Source: Candidatus Saccharicenans sp. (GTDB lineage: Bacteria; Acidobacteriota; Aminicenantia; Aminicenantales; Saccharicenantaceae). From it: a stretch of DNA of 64,000 nt. The DNA lies in the NCBI GenBank assembly GCA_024653215.1, contig JANLFU010000001.1, forward strand, positions 269,492-333,491, given 5' to 3'. The notes under the pieces were generated by a model. It searched no databases. It worked only from the letters and a program-made list of their open reading frames with translations, and was not told where the DNA came from. The first letter of the stretch is position 1. Each line of letters begins with the position of its first letter. A program made the position numbers and the translations under genes. Shown piece after piece: positions 47,601-55,981 of the stretch.

Positions 47601-48867
47601 CCTGACCTCCGATCTCAAAGATGGTATCGACTTCCGGAAAATAGTAACAGGCGCTGCGCATCTGGCAGGTTATCTCGTTCTTGATGAGGTCAGCCCGCAG
47701 CAACCGCCCGACCAGGTAGCGGCCGCTGCCGGTAGTACCTATGCCCAGGATTTCCAGCCCGGCCGGGAACCTGGAGAAAAGTTCCAGAAGTCCTTCCTTC
47801 AGCACCTCGAGTGGCCGGCCCCTGGTTGGCAGGTAGACTCCGCTCAGAACCTGGCTGGCTTCATCGACAATGACCAGATTGGTGCTGACCGAACCTATGT
47901 CAATTCCCAGGTATCCCCGGGCGGGGAAGTTTACCCTGTCCACGGGTTCGGAAGCCGGGCTGGCCCGGAGCTCCCCCAGCGGCTGCAGGCTGGAAAACTT
48001 GTGGTCAGCTGTCGGCCGGATTCTACCAGGAAGGTCTTCAGCGGTCAGGAAGCGTTTCTCCTCTTTCCTGGCGATGACCAGGCTGGCCGCTCCGATGGCC
48101 GGAAGATACGGTGATAAATCTGAATACAGCAGCCTTTCCGGACCGGCTTTTAAGACTTCCTGGAAGGCCCTGAGGACGCCGGCATTCTTGATGATGTTGC
48201 CGGCCAGGACCAGCGGCCAGGAAATATCCTTTCCCTTGAGCAGGGAAGAAGTCACCGATCTGACCAGGGCCAGGCAGACACCGTAAGCGATCTCTTCGGC
48301 CGGGGTGCCCTTCTGCTGGAGGTGAATCATGTCCGACTTGGCGAAGACACTGCAACGACCGGCAATGGTCGCTCCCTTCCTGGCCCGGGCGGCCAGGGAA
48401 GAAAAATCTTCTATCGACAGGCGCAATCGGTAGGCCTGCTGTTCCAGAAAGAGTCCAGTGCCGGCGGCGCATCTTTCATTGAGGGCGAAATCAACCACTT
48501 CCGGGAAGATGTCTCCGGCGGAGACTTTCCCCAGTTCCAGCCAGCGGGAACTTTCGGCCCCGATGTCAAAAACCGACCTGGCCCCGGGAAAAACCAGCCC
48601 GACCCCGGCGGCCAGGGCTGAAATCTCGTTGACCTTGAAAACCTCACCCGGGAAATCCAGACTGTTCCGGCCAGCCCCGGTGGCTGAGATTAGAAGTTTC
48701 TGGCCCGAGAGCGTAGATAGGTTTCGGCGGAGGATGGTCTCCAGGGCTGAGAAGAAATTGCCTTTGACCTCCTGGCTGTCCCTGAATATAAGCTGTCGCT
48801 GAGGGGAAAGAACCACCAGCTTTACCGATTGGACCCCGAGGTCAAGTCCCACGGCCAGGAAGCTCAT
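44677..48867 (-). CDS. 1396-aa fusion protein: two BadF/BcrA/HgdC-type (ASKHA-fold) ATPase 'activase' modules plus HgdB/BcrC-like dehydratase/reductase-type modules (CoA-substrate-specific enzyme activase family)
   Basis: N-terminal VGLDLGVQSVK and second GIDIGSVSTN ASKHA phosphate-1 motifs; ICAAGTGSFLEEQA-type cluster-bridging Cys; the remaining roughly 900 aa is Cys-containing alpha/beta. Confidence 0.7.
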   Translation of the reverse strand: MSFLAVGLDLGVQSVKLVVLSPQRQLIFRDSQEVKGNFFSALETILRRNLSTLSGQKLLISATGAGRNSLDFPGEVFKVNEISALAAGVGLVFPGARSVFDIGAESSRWLELGKVSAGDIFPEVVDFALNERCAAGTGLFLEQQAYRLRLSIEDFSSLAARARKGATIAGRCSVFAKSDMIHLQQKGTPAEEIAYGVCLALVRSVTSSLLKGKDISWPLVLAGNIIKNAGVLRAFQEVLKAGPERLLYSDLSPYLPAIGAASLVIARKEEKRFLTAEDLPGRIRPTADHKFSSLQPLGELRASPASEPVDRVNFPARGYLGIDIGSVSTNLVIVDEASQVLSGVYLPTRGRPLEVLKEGLLELFSRFPAGLEILGIGTTGSGRYLVGRLLRADLIKNEITCQMRSACYYFPEVDTIFEIGGQDSKYIQVDNGRVVDFNLNKICAAGTGSFLEEQAAQMGFRVEKDFAVLASVSRQPSDLGSRCTVFMESELLNEAARGQPLPDLVAGLAYSIARNYLEKVVERRPIGQNIVFQGGVASNQAVVRAFSILLGKEIKVHPYHRISGAIGAALEAREVVRKSGKKSLGLDDIRNQLFQSFKLTHFECRHCANRCQVVAVESGQERVYFGDICERYTSDSRLELSSADGHNPLAFRKKLLDDFKLQKPAEGPTIGLPRASVFLEFLPFWLAFFSRLGYRVKVSPETSPEIMEAGIKLQPAETCLPVKVAIGHLKFLQDDPEVDLVFLPSLVDRHQNRRESFYFCPYTENLPHMIPETVREKLLTTSVYLEPVEDSQKLSWQNLAGLLKEPEETIARAWTEAWQVQMEFDRKLKEQGQQLLKRSFQSKRPVWLISGRPYLLYDSFVNLNFWSHLEKLKLIAIPADYLELEDVELAGEILEGSAVPPWRYPRKMLEAAAWSRKHHGVYPVFLSFYGCGPDAFCLKQCKSLVESIPHLFLEFDEHRGEAGLITRLEAFDDEVSQHRAGNRPAARLKKAENPETWPVERVKKIPFVLPYFADHARAFAGALKKSGLRAEVLPPPDERSLELGEKYSSGKECHAYSFLLGDLLKLTLDEKPAEPLIFFFPGARYSCLLQQYGPAMRQLLHELDNQRVLLLTPTLDYFWQLIGFDGLKALYQGLVAVDHLTRISCQLRPYEVKRGEVNRAFQEGLKLIEEGLASDRLAEALEKIRSSFSQIKVCPEERPLIGIAGDIYTRQNSFANNRLFEQLEELGCEVWPSPFLVDEIDFSFSRGFYEKLSEGNLLETVKYAGLNLVREINLAQVRKKLEFSELKLKEPRFEELLRSTLAYLNYNNNQSLFLNVARMVDLARRGADGIINVICFNCMLGTTSAAISRRIKKDFGNLPLPTLVYGETETVSTRSRLEAFVEQVKTRYRKKKAELT

Positions 48868-48907
48868 GACCTTAACTCTCCAGCCGATAAAGTTTCACAT
48901 CTGACTA

Positions 48908-49864
48908 TCAGGAAAGGAGTTTTAGCAACCGGTACTCGGGTTCAAACTTTAATTTCTTTGGTTGAATGGCAATTTCCAGGGGCACCAGTTCGAGGCTATC
49001 GTTCTTAAGAGAAACGCACTTATCGGTCTCACCGGCCATCAGGTATTCGACGGCGGCGTTTCCCAGCCTGGCCGCCAGAATCCGGTCGAAGGCTGTCGGC
49101 CGGCCTCCCCGCTGGATATGACCGAGAACAGCTATCCTGGTTTCCAGACCGGTCAGGCCGGTGATGGCCGCGGCCACGTCCCGGGCTGTGGCCCGTCCTT
49201 CGGCCACGATCACAATCCAGCTGACCTTGCCGCGGGCGTTTCCGGCCTCTATTTCCCGGCAGATTTCTTCCAGCGAAAAGTCCTGTTCTGGCAGCAGGAC
49301 ATCCTCGCAACCGCCGGCCAGGGCCACCTTCATGGCCAGGTAACCGCAATCGCGGCCCATGACTTCCACCACGAAAATTCTTTCCAGGCTGGTGGCCGTG
49401 TCCCTGATTTTATCCAGGGCATCGAGGGCCACGTTGACGGCCGTGTCCGCTCCCAGGCAGAAATCAACGCCGTTGACGTCATTGTCGATGGTGGCCGGGA
49501 TTCCCATCACCCTGATTCCGTACTTGGTGGCCAGCAGGTGGGCCCCGCTCAGGGAACCGTTTCCACCTATGACCACCAGGCCGTCCAGTCCGTGCTCGCG
49601 GATGGTTTTAAGGGCCTGTTGCTGGCCGGCCGCGGTCAGGAACCTTTCCGAGCGGGCCGATTTCAGAATGGTTCCACCCAGGTTGATGATGCCGGAAACC
49701 GACCGCCGGTCCAGAACCGTCAGGTTGCCATCTATGAGTCCATCGTAACCCCGGATTATCCCCAGGACTTCAAGGTTGTGGCTGGCCGCGGTTCTGACCA
49801 GGGCCCTCAGGGCCGCATTCACCCCGGCGCAATCCCTGGTGATGACTCCAATTCTTCTCAACAT
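48908..49864 (-). CDS. pfkA: 6-phosphofructokinase (ATP- or PPi-dependent PFK family)
   Basis: GGDGS-type motif (VIGGNGSLSGA), MGR motif (VMGRDCG), 318 aa. Confidence 0.85.
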   Translation of the reverse strand: MLRRIGVITRDCAGVNAALRALVRTAASHNLEVLGIIRGYDGLIDGNLTVLDRRSVSGIINLGGTILKSARSERFLTAAGQQQALKTIREHGLDGLVVIGGNGSLSGAHLLATKYGIRVMGIPATIDNDVNGVDFCLGADTAVNVALDALDKIRDTATSLERIFVVEVMGRDCGYLAMKVALAGGCEDVLLPEQDFSLEEICREIEAGNARGKVSWIVIVAEGRATARDVAAAITGLTGLETRIAVLGHIQRGGRPTAFDRILAARLGNAAVEYLMAGETDKCVSLKNDSLELVPLEIAIQPKKLKFEPEYRLLKLLS

Positions 49865-49908
49865 TGTCTGAGCCCTGTCTTAGGTTTTGATATTATCAGA
49901 GTTAACCT

Positions 49909-50235
49909 TCAGTTTAAAGACCGCCCGCAGTATGGACAGAAACGGAAACCGGGCTCCAGATGACGGCCACAAGCCGGGCAGGTTCCAGTCGCCCTTGAAT
50001 CCTGGACTTCTGGCCGGTGGGGCCAGGTATCGTGCTCTGCAATTTCCAGCCCGCAGTTTTCACAGAGCTTGACAGGTCGTCCTTTTTTGACCGGGAAAAG
50101 CGGGATGAAAAAGAGGTTGAGGTAGTGGTCAACCCTGACCAGGTACAGGGTTGACAATCCGCAGCCAGGGCAAATTCCGGGGAGCTCATCCAGCTTCTTG
50201 ATTCGCGGGCTGATACCACCTATGAAGAAAAACAT
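49909..50235 (-). CDS. Double zinc-ribbon small protein
   Basis: CPGCG...CENCG...CPACG...CPYCG: four CxxC pairs in 108 aa. Confidence 0.45.
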   Translation of the reverse strand: MFFFIGGISPRIKKLDELPGICPGCGLSTLYLVRVDHYLNLFFIPLFPVKKGRPVKLCENCGLEIAEHDTWPHRPEVQDSRATGTCPACGRHLEPGFRFCPYCGRSLN

Positions 50236-50253
50236 GTTAAGAACCCGGACCGC

Positions 50254-51741
50254 TCAATTAAGTCCCTTCATGTATCGCATGTATTCTTCCACCCTATCAG
50301 GTGGCCGGGTAGAGAGGCTGACCAGAACAACCGCCAGGAAGGACAGGATGAAGGCCGGGACCCACTCGGCCACCAGGGCCTTGAGCGATGGAATAAGATA
50401 CCAGACAATTTCGGTGAGAGAGCCGACCAGGATGCCGGCGATAACTCCTTCCTTGGTGGTCTTTTCCCAGTAAAGCGACAGCAGGACGGCCGGTCCGAAG
50501 GCCGCTCCCAGTCCTCCCCAGGCAAACAGCACCAGGTAGAAGACCAGCTTGTTGGCATAGGCCGCAAACAACAGGGCCACCACGGCCACCAGCAGGGTAA
50601 AGACACGGCTGATCAATACCAGCTTCTTTTCCGGTATCTTTTTCTGGCTGGCGATAATCTTCTGGTAGGCATCCCGGACCACGGCCGAGGAGGCCACCAG
50701 CAACTGGGAAGAAGCGGTGGACATGATGGCCGCAAAGATGGCCGCTATGGTTAACCCGAAAAGAAAGGGATGAAGGTGCTGGGAACCGAGCAGGGGATAG
50801 ACGTTTTCCGGGTCTTTCCCGGGCAGGTTGGCCACGTCCTGGTACAGGGCTCTTCCGGCCAGCCCGATGAAGATGGCCCCCCAGGCCATCAGGACGTTCC
50901 AGACAGTTCCGATGAGGCCGGTCCTGTTCAATTTTTCTGGCTCTTCGATGCTCATGTATTTATTAAGGATATGGGGATTGCCGGGTGAGCCGAAACCGAT
51001 GCCGACAAAGCCCAGCCAGGCTCCGAAGCTGATGGAGAAAGTGTCGAGGTAGCCCGGGGAAATACCGCCGAGGACGGAGAACATCCGGCCCAGGCCACCG
51101 AAATGAATAATGGCGATGACCGGAAGTATCATCAGGGCAAAGATCATGAACATGGCCTGGAGGGTATCAGTCCAGCAGACGGCCATGAATCCGCCCAGGA
51201 CCGTGTAGAAAATCACGATGGCCGCGGTTATCAGGATTCCCTGGAGCGGGGTCAGGTTGAAACTGGCCGCCAGAGATTTGCCGCCGGCATTGAACTGGGC
51301 GGCCACATAAGCCGTCATGAAAATCAGGATTGGAATCAGGGCAAACAGCCGCAGCAGGTGCCGGTTGTCTTCAAACCTTGACTCCAGGTAATCGGGAATG
51401 GTGATGTCGCCCATCTTCCCGGTGAAATAGCGCAGGCGCTTCCCCGGAAAGATGAACATGAACAGCTCGACCAGGATGTATCCGACCACGGCCCAGACGG
51501 CCGAGACCCCTCGGGTGAAGGCCATCCCGGAAACGCCGATGAGCAGCCAGGCCGAACGGCCGGAAGTCACCGCGGCCAGGGCCACCACAAAGGACTTCAT
51601 TTTTCTTCCGCCCAGGAAAAATTCTCCTATGCCGCGGGAAGAAAACCTGGCGGTGATGATTCCGACCGAAACCATCATTACCACATATAAAATAAATGCG
51701 GCCAGGGCCCAGGGATTGGTATGAATGCTCAGAGTGTTCAT
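50254..51741 (-). CDS. Sodium:solute symporter (SSS) family transporter
   Basis: 13 or more TM helices with SSS-family architecture. The ORF opens at 51912, but an ATG at 51741 (MNTLSIHTNPWALAAFILY) follows GGAGGAAAGAA and starts directly with TM1. Confidence 0.8.
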   Translation of the reverse strand: MNTLSIHTNPWALAAFILYVVMMVSVGIITARFSSRGIGEFFLGGRKMKSFVVALAAVTSGRSAWLLIGVSGMAFTRGVSAVWAVVGYILVELFMFIFPGKRLRYFTGKMGDITIPDYLESRFEDNRHLLRLFALIPILIFMTAYVAAQFNAGGKSLAASFNLTPLQGILITAAIVIFYTVLGGFMAVCWTDTLQAMFMIFALMILPVIAIIHFGGLGRMFSVLGGISPGYLDTFSISFGAWLGFVGIGFGSPGNPHILNKYMSIEEPEKLNRTGLIGTVWNVLMAWGAIFIGLAGRALYQDVANLPGKDPENVYPLLGSQHLHPFLFGLTIAAIFAAIMSTASSQLLVASSAVVRDAYQKIIASQKKIPEKKLVLISRVFTLLVAVVALLFAAYANKLVFYLVLFAWGGLGAAFGPAVLLSLYWEKTTKEGVIAGILVGSLTEIVWYLIPSLKALVAEWVPAFILSFLAVVLVSLSTRPPDRVEEYMRYMKGLN

Positions 51742-51830
51742 TTCTTTCCTCCCTTCCTGAGGCCCAGAACCAGGGCCAGGACCAGGATCAGGCCGGGCAT
51801 GATGAACAGGCCGAAGTAAGTTGACAGCAT
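51738..51830 (-). CDS. Unannotated 30-aa hydrophobic micro-protein translationally coupled to the SSS transporter; candidate small accessory subunit
   Basis: Manual translation gives MLSTYFGLFIMPGLILVLALVLGLRKGGKK. Strong RBS (GGAGGTAGCC then ATG); its TGA overlaps the transporter ATG (ATGA at 51738-51741). Confidence 0.3.
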   Translation of the reverse strand: MLSTYFGLFIMPGLILVLALVLGLRKGGKK

Positions 51831-51963
51831 GGCTACCTCCTTCAGATGGCATAAAATACCACAGCCCGGCCCGGTCTTCAATTTTCTTTATTCCCTTTAT
51901 TCTCTGGAACAATTCTTCCGGTTGTGCTATGTATAAAGTCTCAAATCCCTCATGGAGGCTCCG

Positions 51964-54102
51964 ATGACCAAGGGCAAAATGGCAATCATGGTCTTATTTA
52001 CCTGTGCTATGATTATTCTGGTGGCGGCTTCGGCCTGCCGGAAGGCGGAGGAAAAAATTATCTATCCCCAGACCAGGAAAGTGGATCAAGTTGATGATTA
52101 TTTCGGCACCAGGGTGGCCGACCCCTACCGCTGGCTGGAAGACGACAATTCCGAAGAAACCAGGAAATGGGTGGAAGAACAGAACCGGGTAACCTTCGCT
52201 TACCTGGAAAAAATTCCTTACCGTGAAAAAATTCGCGAACGTCTTAGAGACATATACAACTATCCACGCATGGGACAGCCCATCCGGGCCGGTGAGTACT
52301 ATTTCTTCTACAAGAACGATGGCCTGCAGAACCAGTCTGTAATTTACATCCAGAAGGGCCTGGACGGGCAGCCTGAAGTCTTCATCGACCCCAACCAGCT
52401 TTCGCCGGATGGAACGGTCAGGATTGGCCTGGCCGGTTTTTCTACCGATTTCCGGTACGTGGCCATCAACCGCTCCGAGGCTGGCTCTGATTGGTCGGAG
52501 CTGAGGGTGATGGAGATCGCCACCCGGAAGGAGCTTCCGGACATAATCCGGTGGGTTAAGTTTTCTGGCGCGGCCTGGTACAAAGATGGCTTTTTCTACA
52601 GCGGCTATGATCAGCCCGCCCCGGGCCAGGAACTGAGTGCTCGCAACGAGTTCCAGAAGGTTTTTTATCATAAGCTGGGAGATCCGCAGGAGAAAGATAT
52701 CCTCATCTACCAGGACCCGAAAAATCCGCTGCGATACTTCAACCTGGGAGTGACCGAGGACCAGAAGTATGCCATTCTTGATATCTCGGCCGGGACCTCC
52801 GGCAATGAACTCTACTGGAAGGACCTGACCGCCAAAAAATCTGAGTTCCAGCTCCTCATCCCCGGTTTCGACCACGACAGCGAGGTCATAGATAACCTGG
52901 GCGATAAGTTCCTGGTCAGGACCAACCTAGGGGCCGCAAATTTCCGCCTGGTCCTGGTCGACCCCAGGAACCCGTCCCCGGACAGATGGCAGGAAATCCT
53001 GCCCGAAAAACCTGAAGTCCTGGTCTCGGCCAGCATGGCTGGCGGCTATCTGTTCGCTTCCTACCTCCAGGATGCCCGGACCAGGGTTTACCAGCACCGG
53101 CCCAGCGGCGAGCTCATCAAGGAAGTGGAACTGCCGACCATCGGCACGGCCTCGGGCTTTGGCGGCTGGCGGGACGACAGGGTCATTTTTTACACCTTTC
53201 AATCCTTCAATTATCCGCCAACCATCTATAAGTATGACCTGGCCAGCGGCCAGTCTGAGGTCTTTGTCCGGCAGCAGGTAAAATTCAACCCGGAAGATTT
53301 CGAGGTCAAGCAGGTCTTCTATAACAGCAAGGATGGAACCAGGGTGCCGATGTTTATCGTCCACAAAAGGGGACTGGTTCTGGATGGCAAGAATCCGACC
53401 TGGCTGACGGCTTACGGAGGCTTTAATGTCAGCCTGACCCCGGGTTTTAACCCGACGATCTTGATCATCCTGGAAAACGGTGGAGTCTATGCCCAGCCCA
53501 ACCTGAGGGGCGGAGGCGAGTACGGAGAAAAATGGCACCGGGCCGGGATGCTGGAAAACAAGCAGAATGTCTTTGACGACTTCATAGCGGCCGCCGAGTA
53601 TCTGATCAGCGAAAAGTATACCTCGCCCAAATACCTGGCTATCTCCGGCGCTTCCAACGGCGGCTTGCTGGTGGGCGCGGTCATGACCCAGAGGCCAGAG
53701 CTTTTCGGCGTGGCCTTCCCGGCGGTGGGAGTCATGGATATGCTGCGCTACCACAAGTTTACCGTGGGCTGGGGCTGGGTGGTGGAGTACGGTTCTAGCG
53801 ACAGGGAAGATCAGTTCCGTTACCTTTTTAAGTACTCGCCGCTGCACAATATCCGGGATGGGGTCTGCTATCCGGCCACCATGGTGACCACGGCCGACCA
53901 CGACGACCGGGTGGTGCCGGCCCATTCCTTCAAGTTTGCGGCCACCCTGCAGGAAAAGCAGGCCTGCAACCGTCCGGTGCTGATCCGGATTGAAACCCGC
54001 TCCGGGCACGGCTCCAGCAACGTCACCAAGGCCATAGATGAGCTGACGGACAAGTATTCTTTCATGTTCCGGGTAATGGGCCTGAAGCCGATTTACCGTT
54101 GA
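51964..54102 (+). CDS. Prolyl oligopeptidase (S9A), secreted or lipoprotein
   Basis: Beta-propeller N-terminus plus an alpha/beta-hydrolase C-terminus with catalytic Ser in GGSNGGLL. The ORF opens at 51952; an ATG at 51964 follows GGAGG with a 5-nt spacer. Signal peptide ends AASAC. Confidence 0.88.
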   Translation: MTKGKMAIMVLFTCAMIILVAASACRKAEEKIIYPQTRKVDQVDDYFGTRVADPYRWLEDDNSEETRKWVEEQNRVTFAYLEKIPYREKIRERLRDIYNYPRMGQPIRAGEYYFFYKNDGLQNQSVIYIQKGLDGQPEVFIDPNQLSPDGTVRIGLAGFSTDFRYVAINRSEAGSDWSELRVMEIATRKELPDIIRWVKFSGAAWYKDGFFYSGYDQPAPGQELSARNEFQKVFYHKLGDPQEKDILIYQDPKNPLRYFNLGVTEDQKYAILDISAGTSGNELYWKDLTAKKSEFQLLIPGFDHDSEVIDNLGDKFLVRTNLGAANFRLVLVDPRNPSPDRWQEILPEKPEVLVSASMAGGYLFASYLQDARTRVYQHRPSGELIKEVELPTIGTASGFGGWRDDRVIFYTFQSFNYPPTIYKYDLASGQSEVFVRQQVKFNPEDFEVKQVFYNSKDGTRVPMFIVHKRGLVLDGKNPTWLTAYGGFNVSLTPGFNPTILIILENGGVYAQPNLRGGGEYGEKWHRAGMLENKQNVFDDFIAAAEYLISEKYTSPKYLAISGASNGGLLVGAVMTQRPELFGVAFPAVGVMDMLRYHKFTVGWGWVVEYGSSDREDQFRYLFKYSPLHNIRDGVCYPATMVTTADHDDRVVPAHSFKFAATLQEKQACNRPVLIRIETRSGHGSSNVTKAIDELTDKYSFMFRVMGLKPIYR

Positions 54103-54369
54103 TGAGTTAAGACCAGGCTGGCGGCCTGATCCAGCCGGATTGAATGATTCGGGCGGCGGGCATAGCCTGGTCGGTACCGGGGTGAACTGGTTTCTGACTG
54201 ATCTGTGTCAGGCTTGAAATCGGCTCGGTCCAGACATCCGGGTTGCCCCCTGGTTAAGCCCGAGAACCAGTCTGAAACCCGGTTAGGACCGTAAGCTCTT
54301 CATTTACACCCCGGTCATCAGCAGCCAGGGTTCCTTTTCTCCTGTTACGGGGATTATCCTGTCTTCCGC

Positions 54370-55980
54370 TCAGTCTTTGATCTCATGCTGTTCCAGCAGG
54401 GCTCTCCATTTCTCCATCAGGTCCCGGTTGATGTCCAGAGGGGGAGTGGCCTCCGGTGGCAGGAAGGATTTATATGAATGGGTCTTCATATGTTCTTCAA
54501 ATTCGGCCTTAATCTTATTTAATGTCTCTGGACCCGTCAGCAGGTCGAGAGCGGTCAGGGCCATGGCCTTAGCCCCGGCGTTCAATCCTTTCCAGGCAAT
54601 TGAGCCGTAGACCGAAGCCACGGTTGACCAGTGATGGCCGATGGCCCCGGGGACGTTGGACGGGAAACGAACCGTGGCCGTTGGGGCCACCAGGGTCACC
54701 TCGCCCACGTCGGTGGAGCCGCCGCCGATGAATGAATCTCTCGGCTCACGAAGCGGGTTGACCTCCCTTTTCAAGCCTTTTTCTTCCGACTTAAGTTCCT
54801 GCTGCAGGGCCTGGGCAAACTCTTCTTCTTCCTTGTCCCAGACCGGCATCCCGGCCAGCTCGATGTTCTTCTGAAGGAGCTCGGCCAGGGTCCTGTTTCC
54901 GTGGAACTGGTGGGTGGCGCTCAGCACCCTGACTTCGGCCAGTTCGGTCCCGGTGGCCAGGGCCGCGGCTCTGGCGCAGTTCGCCACCCGTTCAAACATC
55001 GCTTCCAGCTCGTCGTCGGTATTCCGGACGTAATACCAGACCGAAGCTTTGTCGGGGACCACGTTGGGAGCCTGTCCGCCTTCAAGGATGATGTAATGGA
55101 GTCGATGGGCGGGGTTCAGGTGTTCCCGGAGGTAATTGGTGGCTACGTTCATCAGTTCCACCGCGTCCAGGGCGCTGCGTCCGGCCCATGGCGCCCCGGC
55201 GCTATGGGCCGTTTTTCCCCTGAAGGTAAAGATGGCGGAAATCACCGCGTTACCCGAGACGCCGTAAGCCGTGCCGAAATCGCTGGAGCTGTGGTTGTCA
55301 ATGACGGCATCCACGTCTCTGAACAGACCGGCCCGGACCATGTATGGCCGGCTGGCCAGAATTTCTTCGGCCGGCGAGCCAAAGACCTTGATCGTTCCCT
55401 TGATTCCAAATTTTTCCATGGCCTTCCTGGTGGCTATGGCCGCAGCCACCGCCGCCGTGCCCATGGTATTGTGGCCGCAGCCGTGACCCGGGGCGCCTTC
55501 TATGACCGGGTCCTTCCTGGGCACCCGTCCTTTCTGGGAAAGCATGGGCAGGGCGTCAAATTCGCCCAGGAATCCGATGACCGGCTTTCCCTCCCCGTAG
55601 CTGGCCACGAAGCAGGTCGGCATGCCGGCCAGCCCCCGCTCCACCTTGAACCCGGCCTGCTCCAGGGTATCGGCCAGAAGTTTTGAAGACTTGAACTCCT
55701 GCAGGCCCAGCTCGGCATAGGACCAGATGCGGTCGGAGATGCGGCCAAAAAATTCCAGTTGCTCTTTCTCCCCCAGCCAGTCCAGAATGAATCTCTTTTC
55801 CTTTCCGATTTTTACTGTTGCTTTTTTCTTTGCGGCCTGGGTGTTTTCCGGTCCGGCGGCAAGCCCTGGCCGGTAGCAAAGCAGGGCGGCCAGCAGCAGC
55901 AGGGGCAGCAGTCTCCAGAATCTGGTTTTGGGACTTTGGCCGGGACTGACGATTTCTTCAGGCAGCCCGGAGTGATTCAT
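54370..55980 (-). CDS. Secreted M20-family metallopeptidase/amidohydrolase (AbgB-like M20D)
   Basis: GHGCGHN metal-binding motif; signal peptide after a roughly 20-aa n-region. Confidence 0.78.
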   Translation of the reverse strand: MNHSGLPEEIVSPGQSPKTRFWRLLPLLLLAALLCYRPGLAAGPENTQAAKKKATVKIGKEKRFILDWLGEKEQLEFFGRISDRIWSYAELGLQEFKSSKLLADTLEQAGFKVERGLAGMPTCFVASYGEGKPVIGFLGEFDALPMLSQKGRVPRKDPVIEGAPGHGCGHNTMGTAAVAAAIATRKAMEKFGIKGTIKVFGSPAEEILASRPYMVRAGLFRDVDAVIDNHSSSDFGTAYGVSGNAVISAIFTFRGKTAHSAGAPWAGRSALDAVELMNVATNYLREHLNPAHRLHYIILEGGQAPNVVPDKASVWYYVRNTDDELEAMFERVANCARAAALATGTELAEVRVLSATHQFHGNRTLAELLQKNIELAGMPVWDKEEEEFAQALQQELKSEEKGLKREVNPLREPRDSFIGGGSTDVGEVTLVAPTATVRFPSNVPGAIGHHWSTVASVYGSIAWKGLNAGAKAMALTALDLLTGPETLNKIKAEFEEHMKTHSYKSFLPPEATPPLDINRDLMEKWRALLEQHEIKD

Positions 55981-55981
55981 G

